From contig MFEF01000003.1 of the NCBI GenBank assembly GCA_001777515.1, forward strand, positions 53,423-117,422: a stretch of DNA of 64,000 bases, given 5' to 3'. The notes under the pieces are model-generated. The model was not told where the DNA came from, did not search any database, and saw nothing but the letters and a program-made list of their open reading frames with translations. A program made the translations under genes and the position numbers. Shown piece after piece: positions 26,282-36,250 of the stretch. Numbering within the stretch: the stretch's first letter is position 1; each line of letters starts with the position of its first letter. Source of the DNA: Candidatus Doudnabacteria bacterium RIFCSPHIGHO2_01_48_18. GTDB lineage: Bacteria > Patescibacteriota > Doudnabacteria > UBA920 > 2-01-FULL-46-14.

Positions 26282-27631
26282 CTAATTTATCTCTCGCCAT
26301 GTGCCACGCAATATTTCCCAAGAGCCGCCAGGACCAGAATCAAGCTGTAAATTCGCCAGACCAGTCTCATAAATCACGCGGGCTGTGTTGTTTATATTAA
26401 GACGGTACGCTGTGACTTCTCTTATCGTTACGTTGTTGGAAATATTGACTTCTCCGTTTGGAGCATAAGCAATCAAAGTATTGGCACTATTATTGATGCT
26501 AAATGCTCCCCCTGTCGGTAAAGCAACCATCATAATATAGCTATCAGGACCGGCTTTTTGAAACTGAACAGAATTGCTAGTGCTCACGCTTCCGTCTGAG
26601 ACGATCACTTCACTAAGATTACCATAAGAGCTGTCCAGGGCAATGGTAGCCGAGTTTGACAAACTGACAGTTCCGGTAACCCACAGTGGGCCTGTCAAAG
26701 TGATTTTTGCGGAATTCGATAGAGACAAATTGCCCACGATCTTTTTGGGACCCAATGTCATTTGTGTGGTTCCTGAAAGAGATAATCCTCCACTAATCAC
26801 ACCTCCCGCTTCCGCCTGATTCTTCCAGTCAGTAATTTGCGCATCCGGGATCGGAAAAGGCTGTATTGCAGGATCCGCTTCACCGGCGTACGGTGTGGTC
26901 ACGCTTCCACCAACTGTGCATCCGGTCCGTGAAGCATAAAACGCATCGCCTGCTATCGTACAACTGGAAATTGTATTCATAAATGCACTTCCGTTAACCG
27001 TGGCCCCGCTAAGAGTGTGTCCAAACGCGCTTCCCCCCACAATATTGTTACGCACACTGTGCGCATAGGCAGCTCCATTCACATCAACGCCGTCGATCAG
27101 ACCGGCTCCCCCCGCAGAATAAGCGTCACCTGTAACATACGGCGAATTACTTCCGGTTATGGGTCCGTTGGAATAAACATTTCCTTCAATACTGGCAGTG
27201 TTGCTCATCTGCAAACCTCCTGCGCCGACTTGGACACCATAATTAAAACTGACAGTGGCCGTACCAATACTTGCCTGGGCTTTGACCTGTTTGGTAAGCT
27301 GGGGAGCGGCCTTGTTCGGTATATAAGCTGTCACGGTAATGTCTTTTACATTACCGGAAACATTAGTGACACTGACGTCAAACTCTCCGCTTCCGAGCAC
27401 TGTTCCGGTCTCCCCGGTGTAGGACCCTGCAGTGGCATTGAGTTGATGCAAGGCTCTGTCTATTCCCGCGTCAGCGATTTGAATGGCCTGTTCGTTAGCC
27501 ACAGCGATCCGCGACGCGCGCGAGTTTTGAGAGACATATTGCATGAGGCTCGCGACCAAAACCAGAATAATCGTGAAAAATATAACGGCGATGATTAGGA
27601 CCTGTCCGTCTTGTTTTGTTTTTATGTTCAT
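26282..27631 (-). CDS. PilX-like minor pilin/pilus-associated protein with a G/S/T/N-rich beta-repeat region
   Basis: The N-terminus GQVLIIAVIFFTIILVLVASLMQYVSQNSRASRIAVANEQAIQIADAGIDRAL matches the PilX_N pattern. A long low-complexity beta-rich region follows. Confidence 0.55.
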   Translation of the reverse strand: MNIKTKQDGQVLIIAVIFFTIILVLVASLMQYVSQNSRASRIAVANEQAIQIADAGIDRALHQLNATAGSYTGETGTVLGSGEFDVSVTNVSGNVKDITVTAYIPNKAAPQLTKQVKAQASIGTATVSFNYGVQVGAGGLQMSNTASIEGNVYSNGPITGSNSPYVTGDAYSAGGAGLIDGVDVNGAAYAHSVRNNIVGGSAFGHTLSGATVNGSAFMNTISSCTIAGDAFYASRTGCTVGGSVTTPYAGEADPAIQPFPIPDAQITDWKNQAEAGGVISGGLSLSGTTQMTLGPKKIVGNLSLSNSAKITLTGPLWVTGTVSLSNSATIALDSSYGNLSEVIVSDGSVSTSNSVQFQKAGPDSYIMMVALPTGGAFSINNSANTLIAYAPNGEVNISNNVTIREVTAYRLNINNTARVIYETGLANLQLDSGPGGSWEILRGTWREIN

Positions 27632-28188
27632 TTGTTTCTGAGGGTGACCCGGCCTTCGACGGTTTCCGCCGCCCCCGAAGGTCCGCCCATATTAATTTGA
27701 ATAGAATAATTAACAGCGTCAGCGCTGGCCGCGTTCGGGTCATATGTAAACAAGACATCACCCAATTTATTCGTGAGTTCCACGTTTCTTGGGACGCGGG
27801 CACTCGCGGCGTCAGGAACCAGAAACAAGAGCAGCCGCAGCGGGTTTACAGAGTCTTTCGTGATGATAACATAATCGTATGTGGTCAATACCTGACCCGC
27901 GCTGTTTATACTCGGGATTTGAAAAATAACCGTGGTAGCTCCTGAGCTATAATCAACCGTGTTATAGGTATAGCTGGAAGCCACGGAAACCGCGAGTCGT
28001 CCGTATTCCAGAATCCGATCTGCGATTTGACGCGTTCCGGAAATCGCCGTAATCTCCCCGGTTTGATTGTTAAAAAAACGGTTGTTGGCAATCATTATCC
28101 CCACCACAAAAATCGCCATGAGCGCGATCAGCCCAATCACCACGACCACCTCCAGCAGAGTAAATGCGGTGTTTTTTCGGCTATTCAT
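27628..28188 (-). CDS. Type IV prepilin/pseudopilin
   Basis: Class III signal KNTAFTLLEVVVVIGLI (prepilin cleavage motif with E+5). Confidence 0.75.
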   Translation of the reverse strand: MNSRKNTAFTLLEVVVVIGLIALMAIFVVGIMIANNRFFNNQTGEITAISGTRQIADRILEYGRLAVSVASSYTYNTVDYSSGATTVIFQIPSINSAGQVLTTYDYVIITKDSVNPLRLLLFLVPDAASARVPRNVELTNKLGDVLFTYDPNAASADAVNYSIQINMGGPSGAAETVEGRVTLRNK

Positions 28189-28564
28189 TTAATCCAGAGT
28201 TACTGATCAGGGTGTCGAGCCGGACACTTTGTGTGCCTGAATTTTCAAACCACGAAACCACTACTATTGCCTGTTTTATTTCACTGTCGCCGAGATAATT
28301 TGAAACCGTGAGCTGGGCCGTAGAACTGGCAAGAGAACTCAATATCGGATAACTGAAACTGCCAGATCCGGGCAGAGACGCGAACGGCGTGTTTCTAAGC
28401 TCCTCGATTTTTTGCGCGGCCGCATGATAAGCAATGTTCCGATTTCGCGTTCCCTTAATAACCGGGAGGCTTGAAACCGCAACTCCAAACAGCAAAATCG
28501 CGACCATAACCACGGCAAGCGCGACGATCAATTCTACGAGAGAAAATCCGAAGTACCTGTTCAT
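28181..28564 (-). CDS. Type IV prepilin/pseudopilin
   Basis: Class III signal GFSLVELIVALAVV with E+5. Confidence 0.75.
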   Translation of the reverse strand: MNRYFGFSLVELIVALAVVMVAILLFGVAVSSLPVIKGTRNRNIAYHAAAQKIEELRNTPFASLPGSGSFSYPILSSLASSTAQLTVSNYLGDSEIKQAIVVVSWFENSGTQSVRLDTLISNSGLNE

Positions 28565-28566
28565 GT

Positions 28567-29778
28567 TTAAATATTTTGCGAAATGTTGTAAATAGGAAGA
28601 ATGAGACCCACGGCAAGAACACCGACCACTGCGCCAATCACCATGACTAAAATCGGTTCAATGATCGATGAAAGATTTTTTACAGTATCGTCAATTTCCG
28701 CCTCATAAAAATCCGCGACCTCTTCCAAAACCGTTTCCATCGTGCCTGACTCTTCCCCGACCTGGATCATTTGCGTGACCATCGGAGTAAACAAATGAGG
28801 ATAACGCTCGAGCGACGAAACAAGATCAACTCCAATTTTGACTTTTTCGGAAGCGTCAGCCAAAGCCTGCTGGTAATAAATATTGCTCATAGTATTACTG
28901 GTGATAGACAGCGCCTCGACAATAGGCATGCCACTCTTCAATAGACCAGTAAAGATGATTGTAAAGCGGGCTAGGTTGATTTTTTTAACCAAGGTCTTAA
29001 ACATTGGCAGCATTAAGACCAACCGGTGGAGCACTATGTGACCGCTTTGTGTTTTGCGCCAAAACAAAAAGCCCGCTATCAAACCTCCAAGACCAATTCC
29101 CACCAAGATTGAATACCTCGAAAATATATCTACCGTGGTTATTATAACTCTGGTCAAAATCGGCAAGTCAGTATCAAACTCAGCAAAAGAAGCGGTGAGT
29201 TTTGGCAACACGAACGTAAACATTAAATACCCAATGATTAGCAGGGCTACCACGACAACGGCCGGGTATGTCATTGCACCCTTGGTGCGGCGGATGAGGT
29301 TGTAATCGCGGCCTATTTGTTTCGCCAAGTACTGTAAGGTATCATCCAACTCGCCGCTTGTTTCTCCAACCTTTACCATGTTGACAAAAATCGGTGAAAA
29401 TATGCGGGGATACGCGCCAAGACTTTCCGACAAAGTTTTTCCTGATTCGACATTATGCGCGATGTCAGCAATGACGCGGCTGAAATAAGGGTTGGACATC
29501 TGCTTGGTTACCACAACCAGCGCGCGCGACACAGGCAAGCCGGCCTTCAGAGTTACAGCGAGATTTTTGGCGAAAGTCAGCTTCTCAAGGAGCGAAACGC
29601 GGCCAAGCATTGAAAAAATAGAGCCGAATTCGCGTTTGGCGCGTTTTTCTTCGATCTGCGTAGGCAGTAATCCCTGACCGCGCAGAATCTGTCCCATTGC
29701 TTCGCGCGATTCTGCCTCGCCGCTATCATTGATCGTCTGGCCCTCGCGATTTTTCGCTGTGTATGTATATTGCGGCAT
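28567..29778 (-). CDS. pilC: Type IV pilus platform protein PilC (GspF family)
   Basis: Two T2SSF repeats and 3 TM helices; 403 aa. Confidence 0.9.
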   Translation of the reverse strand: MPQYTYTAKNREGQTINDSGEAESREAMGQILRGQGLLPTQIEEKRAKREFGSIFSMLGRVSLLEKLTFAKNLAVTLKAGLPVSRALVVVTKQMSNPYFSRVIADIAHNVESGKTLSESLGAYPRIFSPIFVNMVKVGETSGELDDTLQYLAKQIGRDYNLIRRTKGAMTYPAVVVVALLIIGYLMFTFVLPKLTASFAEFDTDLPILTRVIITTVDIFSRYSILVGIGLGGLIAGFLFWRKTQSGHIVLHRLVLMLPMFKTLVKKINLARFTIIFTGLLKSGMPIVEALSITSNTMSNIYYQQALADASEKVKIGVDLVSSLERYPHLFTPMVTQMIQVGEESGTMETVLEEVADFYEAEIDDTVKNLSSIIEPILVMVIGAVVGVLAVGLILPIYNISQNI

Positions 29779-29779
29779 G

Positions 29780-31519
29780 CTATTCTTTTGTCACTCTCAA
29801 GACTTCGTTAATTGTTGTCAATCCCTGATGCGCTTTGATAAAACCGTCCTGCCACATGAGCACCATTGATTCTTGAACCGCCTGCGATTGAATCTGATTG
29901 GTGGTTGCCTGCGATACGATCAATTTTTGAACGGGCTCAGAGACGTTCAGTACCTCGTATATACCCATGCGGCCTTTGTAACCGGTATGATTGCATTTTT
30001 CACAACCTTTACCCTCATAAAAATCAAGGTCCGTAACCCGTTTGACTTTTTCTACTCCCTCGCGCTTCATAACCTCCACGAGGGAATCGAGGTCAAAATC
30101 TCGCGAAAGGCTTTCCGCGGTTTTATCATCGATCTTTTTTATCTCTTTGCAGTCCTGGCAAATTTTTCTTACCAAACGCTGGCCCACAACCGTATTCAAT
30201 GTTGAGGCTATAAGATACGGCTCGACCCCGATGTCCAAAAGACGCGGAATCGCGCCGGCCGCGTTGTTGGTATGAAGAGTCGAAAGCACGATGTGCCCGG
30301 TCATGGCCGCGTGCACTGCTTCCTCTGCGGTTTCTTTATCGCGGATTTCACCGATCATGATGATGTTTGGATCTTGCCTGAGAAGCGCCCTCAGGCCCAT
30401 GGCAAACGATAAACTGATCTTGGGGTTGACCTGCATTTGGTTGACGCCAAAAATCCGATACTCAACGGGGTCCTCAATAGTGCTGATGTTCACGCCCTTG
30501 GTATTGAGCATAGAAAGAACAGTGTACAAGGTGGTGGATTTACCTGAACCGGTGGGACCGGTGATGAGTGTCATGCCATGCGAACGGGAAAGATTACCTT
30601 TGATGATATCCAAAGCCGATCTGGCAAATCCGAGTTCCTCGAAGGTAACAGCCTTGGCCCCCTCATCCAAAAGGCGCAGCACGACTTTTTCACCGTCAAA
30701 AATCGGGATAGTGGAAACGCGGAATGATATATTGTATTGATCTGTTTGAATCTTGAACCGCCCATCCTGCGGCAGCCGATGCTCATCGATCTTGAGGTTT
30801 GATAAAACCTTGATGCGGGCCACGAGCGCCGGCTGAATCACCTTTGGCAAAGTCATCACGTCGTGCAAAATGCCGTCAATGCGATAACGAACCGTGACCT
30901 CCTTTTCCTGCGGCTCAATGTGAATGTCAGACGCTCCTTCAAAAATCGCGTATTCAAGCAAAGTATCCACAACGCGCACCACAGGGATCTCTTGCGCCAT
31001 TTTTACCAGCTGGCTCCCCTCTTCCTTGTCGTCCATTTTGACGTCGTTCTTTTTAGACGTCAAAATTTTCTCAAACTCAGCCTTCAGATTGGAGTGATAT
31101 TGGGTCAAGGCCGCCTCCAGGCCGGAATCAGTGGCTAGGAACGGTTTGATGACGAAGCCAGTTTTCTTTTTTACGAATTCCCTCGTCTGCAGGTCTTCGG
31201 GATCTGTCATCGCGAGGTCCAGCTCGTTGTTTTTCTTGCGGAACGCGATTACCTGATGCCGCCTGGCGATCGGTTCGGGAATGATCTTCAGCACATCCTG
31301 AGGAATTTTTTCAGCGGTCAGATCCACCACCGGCACCTTCAAAAAATCACTCACGAGCTTGGTCAGTTTGTCTTCCGGAATAATTTTCTTCGTGACCAGA
31401 TAGCCAGACAGGGTTTGTTTTTTTTCCTTAGCATCCTGCTCTAGCTTGTCAAGATCTTTTTCTTCGACTATTTTATTGGTGACCAGAATCTTTTTCAGGT
31501 CAGTGGAGGCAAATGCCAT
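29780..31519 (-). CDS. pilB: Type IV pilus assembly ATPase PilB (GspE family)
   Basis: N-terminal T2SSE_N domain, Walker A GPTGSGKST, Asp/His boxes, tetracysteine CQDC...CEKC. Confidence 0.95.
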   Translation of the reverse strand: MAFASTDLKKILVTNKIVEEKDLDKLEQDAKEKKQTLSGYLVTKKIIPEDKLTKLVSDFLKVPVVDLTAEKIPQDVLKIIPEPIARRHQVIAFRKKNNELDLAMTDPEDLQTREFVKKKTGFVIKPFLATDSGLEAALTQYHSNLKAEFEKILTSKKNDVKMDDKEEGSQLVKMAQEIPVVRVVDTLLEYAIFEGASDIHIEPQEKEVTVRYRIDGILHDVMTLPKVIQPALVARIKVLSNLKIDEHRLPQDGRFKIQTDQYNISFRVSTIPIFDGEKVVLRLLDEGAKAVTFEELGFARSALDIIKGNLSRSHGMTLITGPTGSGKSTTLYTVLSMLNTKGVNISTIEDPVEYRIFGVNQMQVNPKISLSFAMGLRALLRQDPNIIMIGEIRDKETAEEAVHAAMTGHIVLSTLHTNNAAGAIPRLLDIGVEPYLIASTLNTVVGQRLVRKICQDCKEIKKIDDKTAESLSRDFDLDSLVEVMKREGVEKVKRVTDLDFYEGKGCEKCNHTGYKGRMGIYEVLNVSEPVQKLIVSQATTNQIQSQAVQESMVLMWQDGFIKAHQGLTTINEVLRVTKE

Positions 31520-31523
31520 ATCG

Positions 31524-33692
31524 CTATTTATTTTGTGTTAAACATTTTTTTTCAAGCTCGGCGATGAAATTCTGTCCTTGGACTTTGTATTTCGACTCCA
31601 GAGAAACAGCGGTTTGGATTTGCGCGCGCGCGGCGCTGACGTCGCAGACCTGCCCATATATGTTAGCAATCAGCCCATGATCTTCAGCGGTCAAGGTATG
31701 TCCGAGCTGGCGTAAATTATTAAACTCCTCATTTACGATATCCGCTCGTTTGGAAAGCACGGCGGCTAAAATATAGTTGAGATGCGATTCTTTTGGCTGC
31801 GGGTTCAGATCCACCGCTTTTTTGAAATATTCCAGGCCAAGATCCTGGCGGCCTTTGAGAAACGCGGCCTGTCCCAGCTCTGTGTAGATCTGCGGCCGGG
31901 TCGGCGAAAGCTTGAGAGCTTGCTCTCCAAGCTCAAAAACCCGGTCGACGTTGCCGATCTCAGCCGCGGAGATATTGAAAACGTTCATTAGATAAAGATA
32001 ATTTTTAACGTCATGGGGGGCTTGCGCGATATTTTTTTCAAATTCAGAAACGACAAAATTGTAGAGATCTTTTTTTTCCTGCGGGCTGAGCGCTCCGCTT
32101 GCAGAAGATTCCGCAGCGTAATCAAACAGCCTCTGGCGGATTTCTTCATCCATATAGGTTCCATACGAAAGGGCTTTTTTGAAATTGCCGTGCACTGAGC
32201 GGTATTGCTTTAGTTTCGCGGATTTGATGCCCTCGGTCGTAAAATAGTTGGCTGACGCTGGCTGCAGATTGATAAAATAGATGCTCATGATTGCCATTAC
32301 AATCACAACCACAGTAGGCATGTACCCAAGGTTATAAACTTTTGGGGTCGAAGCAACAGGGTCCCCATAACCGATGGTCAGATAAGCGAGAAATCCGAGT
32401 ACTAAAAAGAACAACAAATACGTGGCGTGCGTATCGAAAACAAACAAATTCTGAATGAAATAAGCAAAAAGCAGGGCAGTGAGGACAACCGTTTGCACGG
32501 GCGAGATAACAGTTCTGCGCCAAGCTTTAAGTAAAGCAAAAAACGCCATGGCAAAAATTCCCAGGTAGGCTGCAATCCCAAACACTCCAGTAGTTACCGC
32601 TATGTCGAGCACTGTGTTATGCGCTCTGTCAAACCAGATTTGACTGCCCTGATTTTTGAATATGGATGGCGGAAAATATTTGTTAAACGCGACATTATAA
32701 TTTTCGTAGCCATAGCCGAGAATAAAGCGATCCCGCCAGCCTTTCCACGAGGCCTCCCAGGTTTCCAGACGATTTTGAGTTGTCGTGTCTGTTTTGAAGA
32801 TTCTGCTCAAACGTTTTACAACCACAATGTTTTCAATCGGATCTGGCAAGGATGCTGGTTTCAAAAACAAAATAAACGGACCTAATACCATGAATATGGC
32901 CACGACGCTGCTGGCGATTTTGACTGATCTTTTTTGTCCTCTAAAAATCAAAAACAAAATCACCAAAAAAACACTGAAGTATAAAGCAACTGCACCGCCG
33001 CGGGTTTGAGTTTGTATGACTATGAAAGCATTGAAAAACCCCGCCACGAAAAACAACCGCTTTGCCAATTTATTGCTGATCTCCGCTGCCATAAACCAAG
33101 ACAAAAAAGCGCCGAATAGCATGACCGCCGCGTAAAAAGCAGCGTTGCCGATCGTCGCAGAAATACGCGTGCCTTGCATTGGCGGAGCAAATCGGCAAAA
33201 CCCTTCTTTCTCTAAACCGCATGACAGCTGTACGAGACCGATTAATCCCAAAAAAGTTACAACAATCACCACTGCCGTAAGATATTTTTGCCAGTCACGC
33301 CGCGTACGCAGCACCGTCGGTAGCATTGTAAAATAAGCGGCAAAATGCAGCATGGTGATGATCCCCTCCCCTCTTTCGATCGTTCCCCAAAGGCTTTTCG
33401 AAAAATTTACGCCAAAAATCGCAGTCACAAACATGATGAGCATATATATCCAAACCACGCCAGTGAGCCAGTTCCTTTTTGGCCGAAGAGAAGGATGCAG
33501 CAGAGTAAGAGGAATATATATCGCAAGCGCGATCTCTATGAGAAGCCGAAAATAAATTACTTTGCTCGTGATAAAAGGAAATAAAAAAGCACTCCAGAGC
33601 CAGATCGGAGTGAGTAAAATAGCATACAAAATAATTTTTAGTATTTTGTAGGAAATTTTTGTTTCTAAGGCTGAATCAATTGCATCCGCCAT
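31524..33692 (-). CDS. O-antigen ligase-family (Wzy_C) polytopic membrane protein with C-terminal TPR repeats. Candidate PglL/PilO-type O-oligosaccharyltransferase.
   Basis: ~12 TM helices with a large periplasmic loop resembling Wzy_C (QTQTRGG...); the C-terminal ~250 aa are TPR-like. Confidence 0.65.
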   Translation of the reverse strand: MADAIDSALETKISYKILKIILYAILLTPIWLWSAFLFPFITSKVIYFRLLIEIALAIYIPLTLLHPSLRPKRNWLTGVVWIYMLIMFVTAIFGVNFSKSLWGTIERGEGIITMLHFAAYFTMLPTVLRTRRDWQKYLTAVVIVVTFLGLIGLVQLSCGLEKEGFCRFAPPMQGTRISATIGNAAFYAAVMLFGAFLSWFMAAEISNKLAKRLFFVAGFFNAFIVIQTQTRGGAVALYFSVFLVILFLIFRGQKRSVKIASSVVAIFMVLGPFILFLKPASLPDPIENIVVVKRLSRIFKTDTTTQNRLETWEASWKGWRDRFILGYGYENYNVAFNKYFPPSIFKNQGSQIWFDRAHNTVLDIAVTTGVFGIAAYLGIFAMAFFALLKAWRRTVISPVQTVVLTALLFAYFIQNLFVFDTHATYLLFFLVLGFLAYLTIGYGDPVASTPKVYNLGYMPTVVVIVMAIMSIYFINLQPASANYFTTEGIKSAKLKQYRSVHGNFKKALSYGTYMDEEIRQRLFDYAAESSASGALSPQEKKDLYNFVVSEFEKNIAQAPHDVKNYLYLMNVFNISAAEIGNVDRVFELGEQALKLSPTRPQIYTELGQAAFLKGRQDLGLEYFKKAVDLNPQPKESHLNYILAAVLSKRADIVNEEFNNLRQLGHTLTAEDHGLIANIYGQVCDVSAARAQIQTAVSLESKYKVQGQNFIAELEKKCLTQNK

Positions 33693-33799
33693 AAATTTAT
33701 TATACGACCTTTTAACATTTGCGTCAAAACCATTTTCTCATCCCGGGCCAATCTGTGCGATTATACAACAGTAACTGGCTCTGCTATAATTAGCAAAAT

Positions 33800-35173
33800 A
33801 TGTTAGGAAATTTGAAAAAAACCATCTTGTTTTTTGGGGATTTGCTGGTTATGTATATGTCCCTTTATTTGACGCTACTTTTGCGTTATCGGGAGATACC
33901 AACACAAAATATCTGGGAAATGCATTTTCTGCCATTCACTGTTTTGTTTCTCGTTTGGTGCGCAGTTTACTACATCAATGGTCTGTATGATATCGCGGCA
34001 ACGAAAAATGATGTCGAGTTCTATAACAGCGTGCTCCGTAATCTGTTGGTGAGTTTTGCGATGGCAGCCGCGTATTTTTATCTTCTCACGGACAATCTCT
34101 TTCATATCAAACCGCAGCTGGTGTTCTTCATCATGATCGGTGTTCATTCGATCCAATTTTCTCTCTGGAGATTTTGGTACAACGCCTTTGTGCAGCGGCC
34201 AGAGTTTCTCAAAAATATTCTGGTGATCGGCATGAAAGATGAAGCCAGAGAGCTTGTTGACGAAATTTTCAAAAAACCACAGCTTGGCTACCGCATCGCG
34301 GCCATCATCAACGGTCAAAAAATGGCTTCCGAGTTTCCCGGAGTCGCGATTTACGATGCCACCGCTGACATAAAAAAAATCATCCGCGACCATGGCATCA
34401 GTACGGTAATAACTGCCGTTGACCCGAGAACTATTCCAGAGCTTGTGCAAAATCTTTTCTCCAGTTTATCAATGCGCATACAATTTTATGATTTGCCGGA
34501 TTTTTATGAAAAGCTTACTGGGAAAATCCCAGTGACCGGCATTGGCCACATCTGGTTTTTGCAAAACATCGCGAAAGGGCAAAACGGCATCTATGAATTT
34601 CTGAAAAGATCCACGGATTTGCTGCTGGCCACAGTCGGCCTAATAGTTTCCCTCCCTTTTTGGCCGATCATTGCCGTCGCGATCAAGCTTGATTCTTCGG
34701 GACCGATCTTCTTTAAACAAAACCGCGTGGGGTTTCTGGGCCGGCATTTTACCGCGGTAAAATTTCGCAGCATGCGGGTAGGCGCTGAAGCAGAAGGCGG
34801 GCCGCAGTGGGCCTCAAAAAACGATCCGCGAGTAACACGCCTCGGAAGATTCATGAGAAAGGTCCGTTTGGACGAAATCCCGCAGTTTATCAATATCATC
34901 AAAGGCGAGATGTCGCTCATCGGCCCGCGGCCTGAGCGTCCCGAATTCGTCAAAACCCTGGAGCGTGATATCCCCTTTTACAACGAACGTCATCTCGTAA
35001 AACCCGGGCTAACTGGCTGGGCCCAGATAAATTTTCAATACGGCGAATCTACCCGGGATGCTTTCAAAAAACTCCAGTATGATTTGTTTTATGTAAAAAA
35101 TCGCTCCATCCCTCTTGATCTTGGCATCGTGCTTAAAACCATCAATATCATGCTCAGCGGTAAAGGGCAGTAG
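33800..35173 (+). CDS. Undecaprenyl-phosphate sugar phosphotransferase (WbaP/PglC-type initiating PGT)
   Basis: N-terminal TM bundle, a CoA-binding-like linker, and the C-terminal bacterial sugar transferase domain (PGLTGWAQINFQYGE, DL..V). Confidence 0.9.
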   Translation: MLGNLKKTILFFGDLLVMYMSLYLTLLLRYREIPTQNIWEMHFLPFTVLFLVWCAVYYINGLYDIAATKNDVEFYNSVLRNLLVSFAMAAAYFYLLTDNLFHIKPQLVFFIMIGVHSIQFSLWRFWYNAFVQRPEFLKNILVIGMKDEARELVDEIFKKPQLGYRIAAIINGQKMASEFPGVAIYDATADIKKIIRDHGISTVITAVDPRTIPELVQNLFSSLSMRIQFYDLPDFYEKLTGKIPVTGIGHIWFLQNIAKGQNGIYEFLKRSTDLLLATVGLIVSLPFWPIIAVAIKLDSSGPIFFKQNRVGFLGRHFTAVKFRSMRVGAEAEGGPQWASKNDPRVTRLGRFMRKVRLDEIPQFINIIKGEMSLIGPRPERPEFVKTLERDIPFYNERHLVKPGLTGWAQINFQYGESTRDAFKKLQYDLFYVKNRSIPLDLGIVLKTINIMLSGKGQ

Positions 35174-35204
35174 CTTTTGGCTAACTGTAGCCAAAGATGG
35201 CGAC

Positions 35205-35232
35205 AAAAATGGCTTATTCAAGCCATTTTTTT
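35205..35232 (+). terminator. Intrinsic terminator (AAAAATGGCTT-ATTC-AAGCCATTTTT)
   Basis: Perfect 11-bp stem including the A/T extension, followed by a T-run. Confidence 0.6.
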
Positions 35233-35243
35233 GGTTGAAAGTC

Positions 35244-35272
35244 TTGACAATATTGCCAAAAAGGAGTAAGAT
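35244..35272 (+). promoter_or_regulatory. Sigma70-like promoter TTGACA-17-TAAGAT
   Basis: Consensus -35 and 17-nt spacer; would drive the structured leader plus gene 35582-35941. Confidence 0.4.
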
Positions 35273-35279
35273 ATATGGT

Positions 35280-35581
35280 TAAAATGATTGTAAGATCATT
35301 CCCGCGCCATTCGGCGGGAATCCAGTTTTAACACCGCACATTTATTCCCTTATATAAAACACCCGTTAAAAGAGAGCGAGCCACATCTGTCACCTTGTCA
35401 TTCCGGACTTGATCCGGAATCCATGCTCTCTTTGCCGAGAGCTTTTATTTTTCACAAGATGAGCAATTTGGATGTAACTATTATTCCCAAGATGCTCATC
35501 TGGTGACTGGCAATAAGGCTGGTGTACCCGAGTGAGTCGAGGGTCTAGACGGGTCTAGACATATTTGTAACTGGAGGATGT
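35280..35581 (+). promoter_or_regulatory. ~300-nt structured 5' leader / candidate cis-regulatory RNA
   Basis: Several stable hairpins (TTCCCGCGCC/GGCGGGAA; ATTCCGGA-CTTGA-TCCGGAAT; tandem GGGTCTAGAC x2). No ORF >20 aa. Ends at a GGAGGA RBS. Confidence 0.3.
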
Positions 35582-35941
35582 ATGTTAAAGTCCGTTGTTA
35601 ACACGGTGGGATTGGCAGATCAGGCCGTTCAAAATTTTCGTACCAGTTTAGCGGACAGAGTTGAACGGTTATCGATGCACTGCTGGGGATCGAATGTTAA
35701 CACTCAACTGGGCGTAATCAATACGTTGATTACATCAGTGAATGCGATCACTGCCCCTCATCGCCAGCAGTTCGAAGCCGTCGAGCCATTTGATGACGAG
35801 GAAATCAAACAACTCACGGTGATTCTCGCTCCGCTCCGCGAACTGAATATGGCCGACAAGGTGAGAGAATTCCTCGTGGCCGCCTTGACTGAAAAAGGAT
35901 TCGATCCTGAAATTTTCAAGGCAAAGGCTCATCAGCGGTAA
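35582..35941 (+). CDS. Hypothetical protein (119 aa)
   Basis: Strong RBS GGAGGATGT-ATG, good coding statistics, no recognisable domain. Confidence 0.5.
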   Translation: MLKSVVNTVGLADQAVQNFRTSLADRVERLSMHCWGSNVNTQLGVINTLITSVNAITAPHRQQFEAVEPFDDEEIKQLTVILAPLRELNMADKVREFLVAALTEKGFDPEIFKAKAHQR

Positions 35942-36173
35942 ATTTTCCGAAGGAAGTGGTTCGCCGCTTCCTTCAACTCCCAAGCTCTGGACTAACTCAA
36001 GAGTTTAGGAGTTCTGGAAACAACTTTGGGTACTAATGAACAGGACATTAGTATTTCACTAGCCTGAATACTCTAGTACCCAAAATCGTTTCTGGAATTT
36101 GACATCCCGATGTCGAGACAATTTCAGCTGCTACCTTTCGGGAAAGGGAGCAAACAATTCTTTGGAGGATACA

Positions 36174-36242
36174 ATGAGAAAAGCTTTGGCTTTGATGGCG
36201 ATCGGGATCCTGCGCTCGATGATTTTTTTCTTCAAGTTGTAA
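36174..36242 (+). CDS. sORF, 22-aa hydrophobic peptide (MRKALALMAIGILRSMIFFFKL)
   Basis: GGAGGA RBS 5 nt upstream; ends 9 bp before the perfect palindrome. Not in the ORF track. Confidence 0.25.
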   Translation: MRKALALMAIGILRSMIFFFKL

Positions 36243-36250
36243 CTCAAATC

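Noticed and set aside
35275-35331. 18-aa leader-peptide-like ORF (MVKMIVRSFPRHSAGIQF) with an AAAGGAG SD, ending in a hairpin (attenuator-like)
   Set aside because: The best promoter -10 (TAAGAT at 35267-35272) would place the TSS at or after this ATG, so the ORF would not be in the transcript. No amino-acid bias suggests attenuation. Kept only as an alternative reading of the leader.
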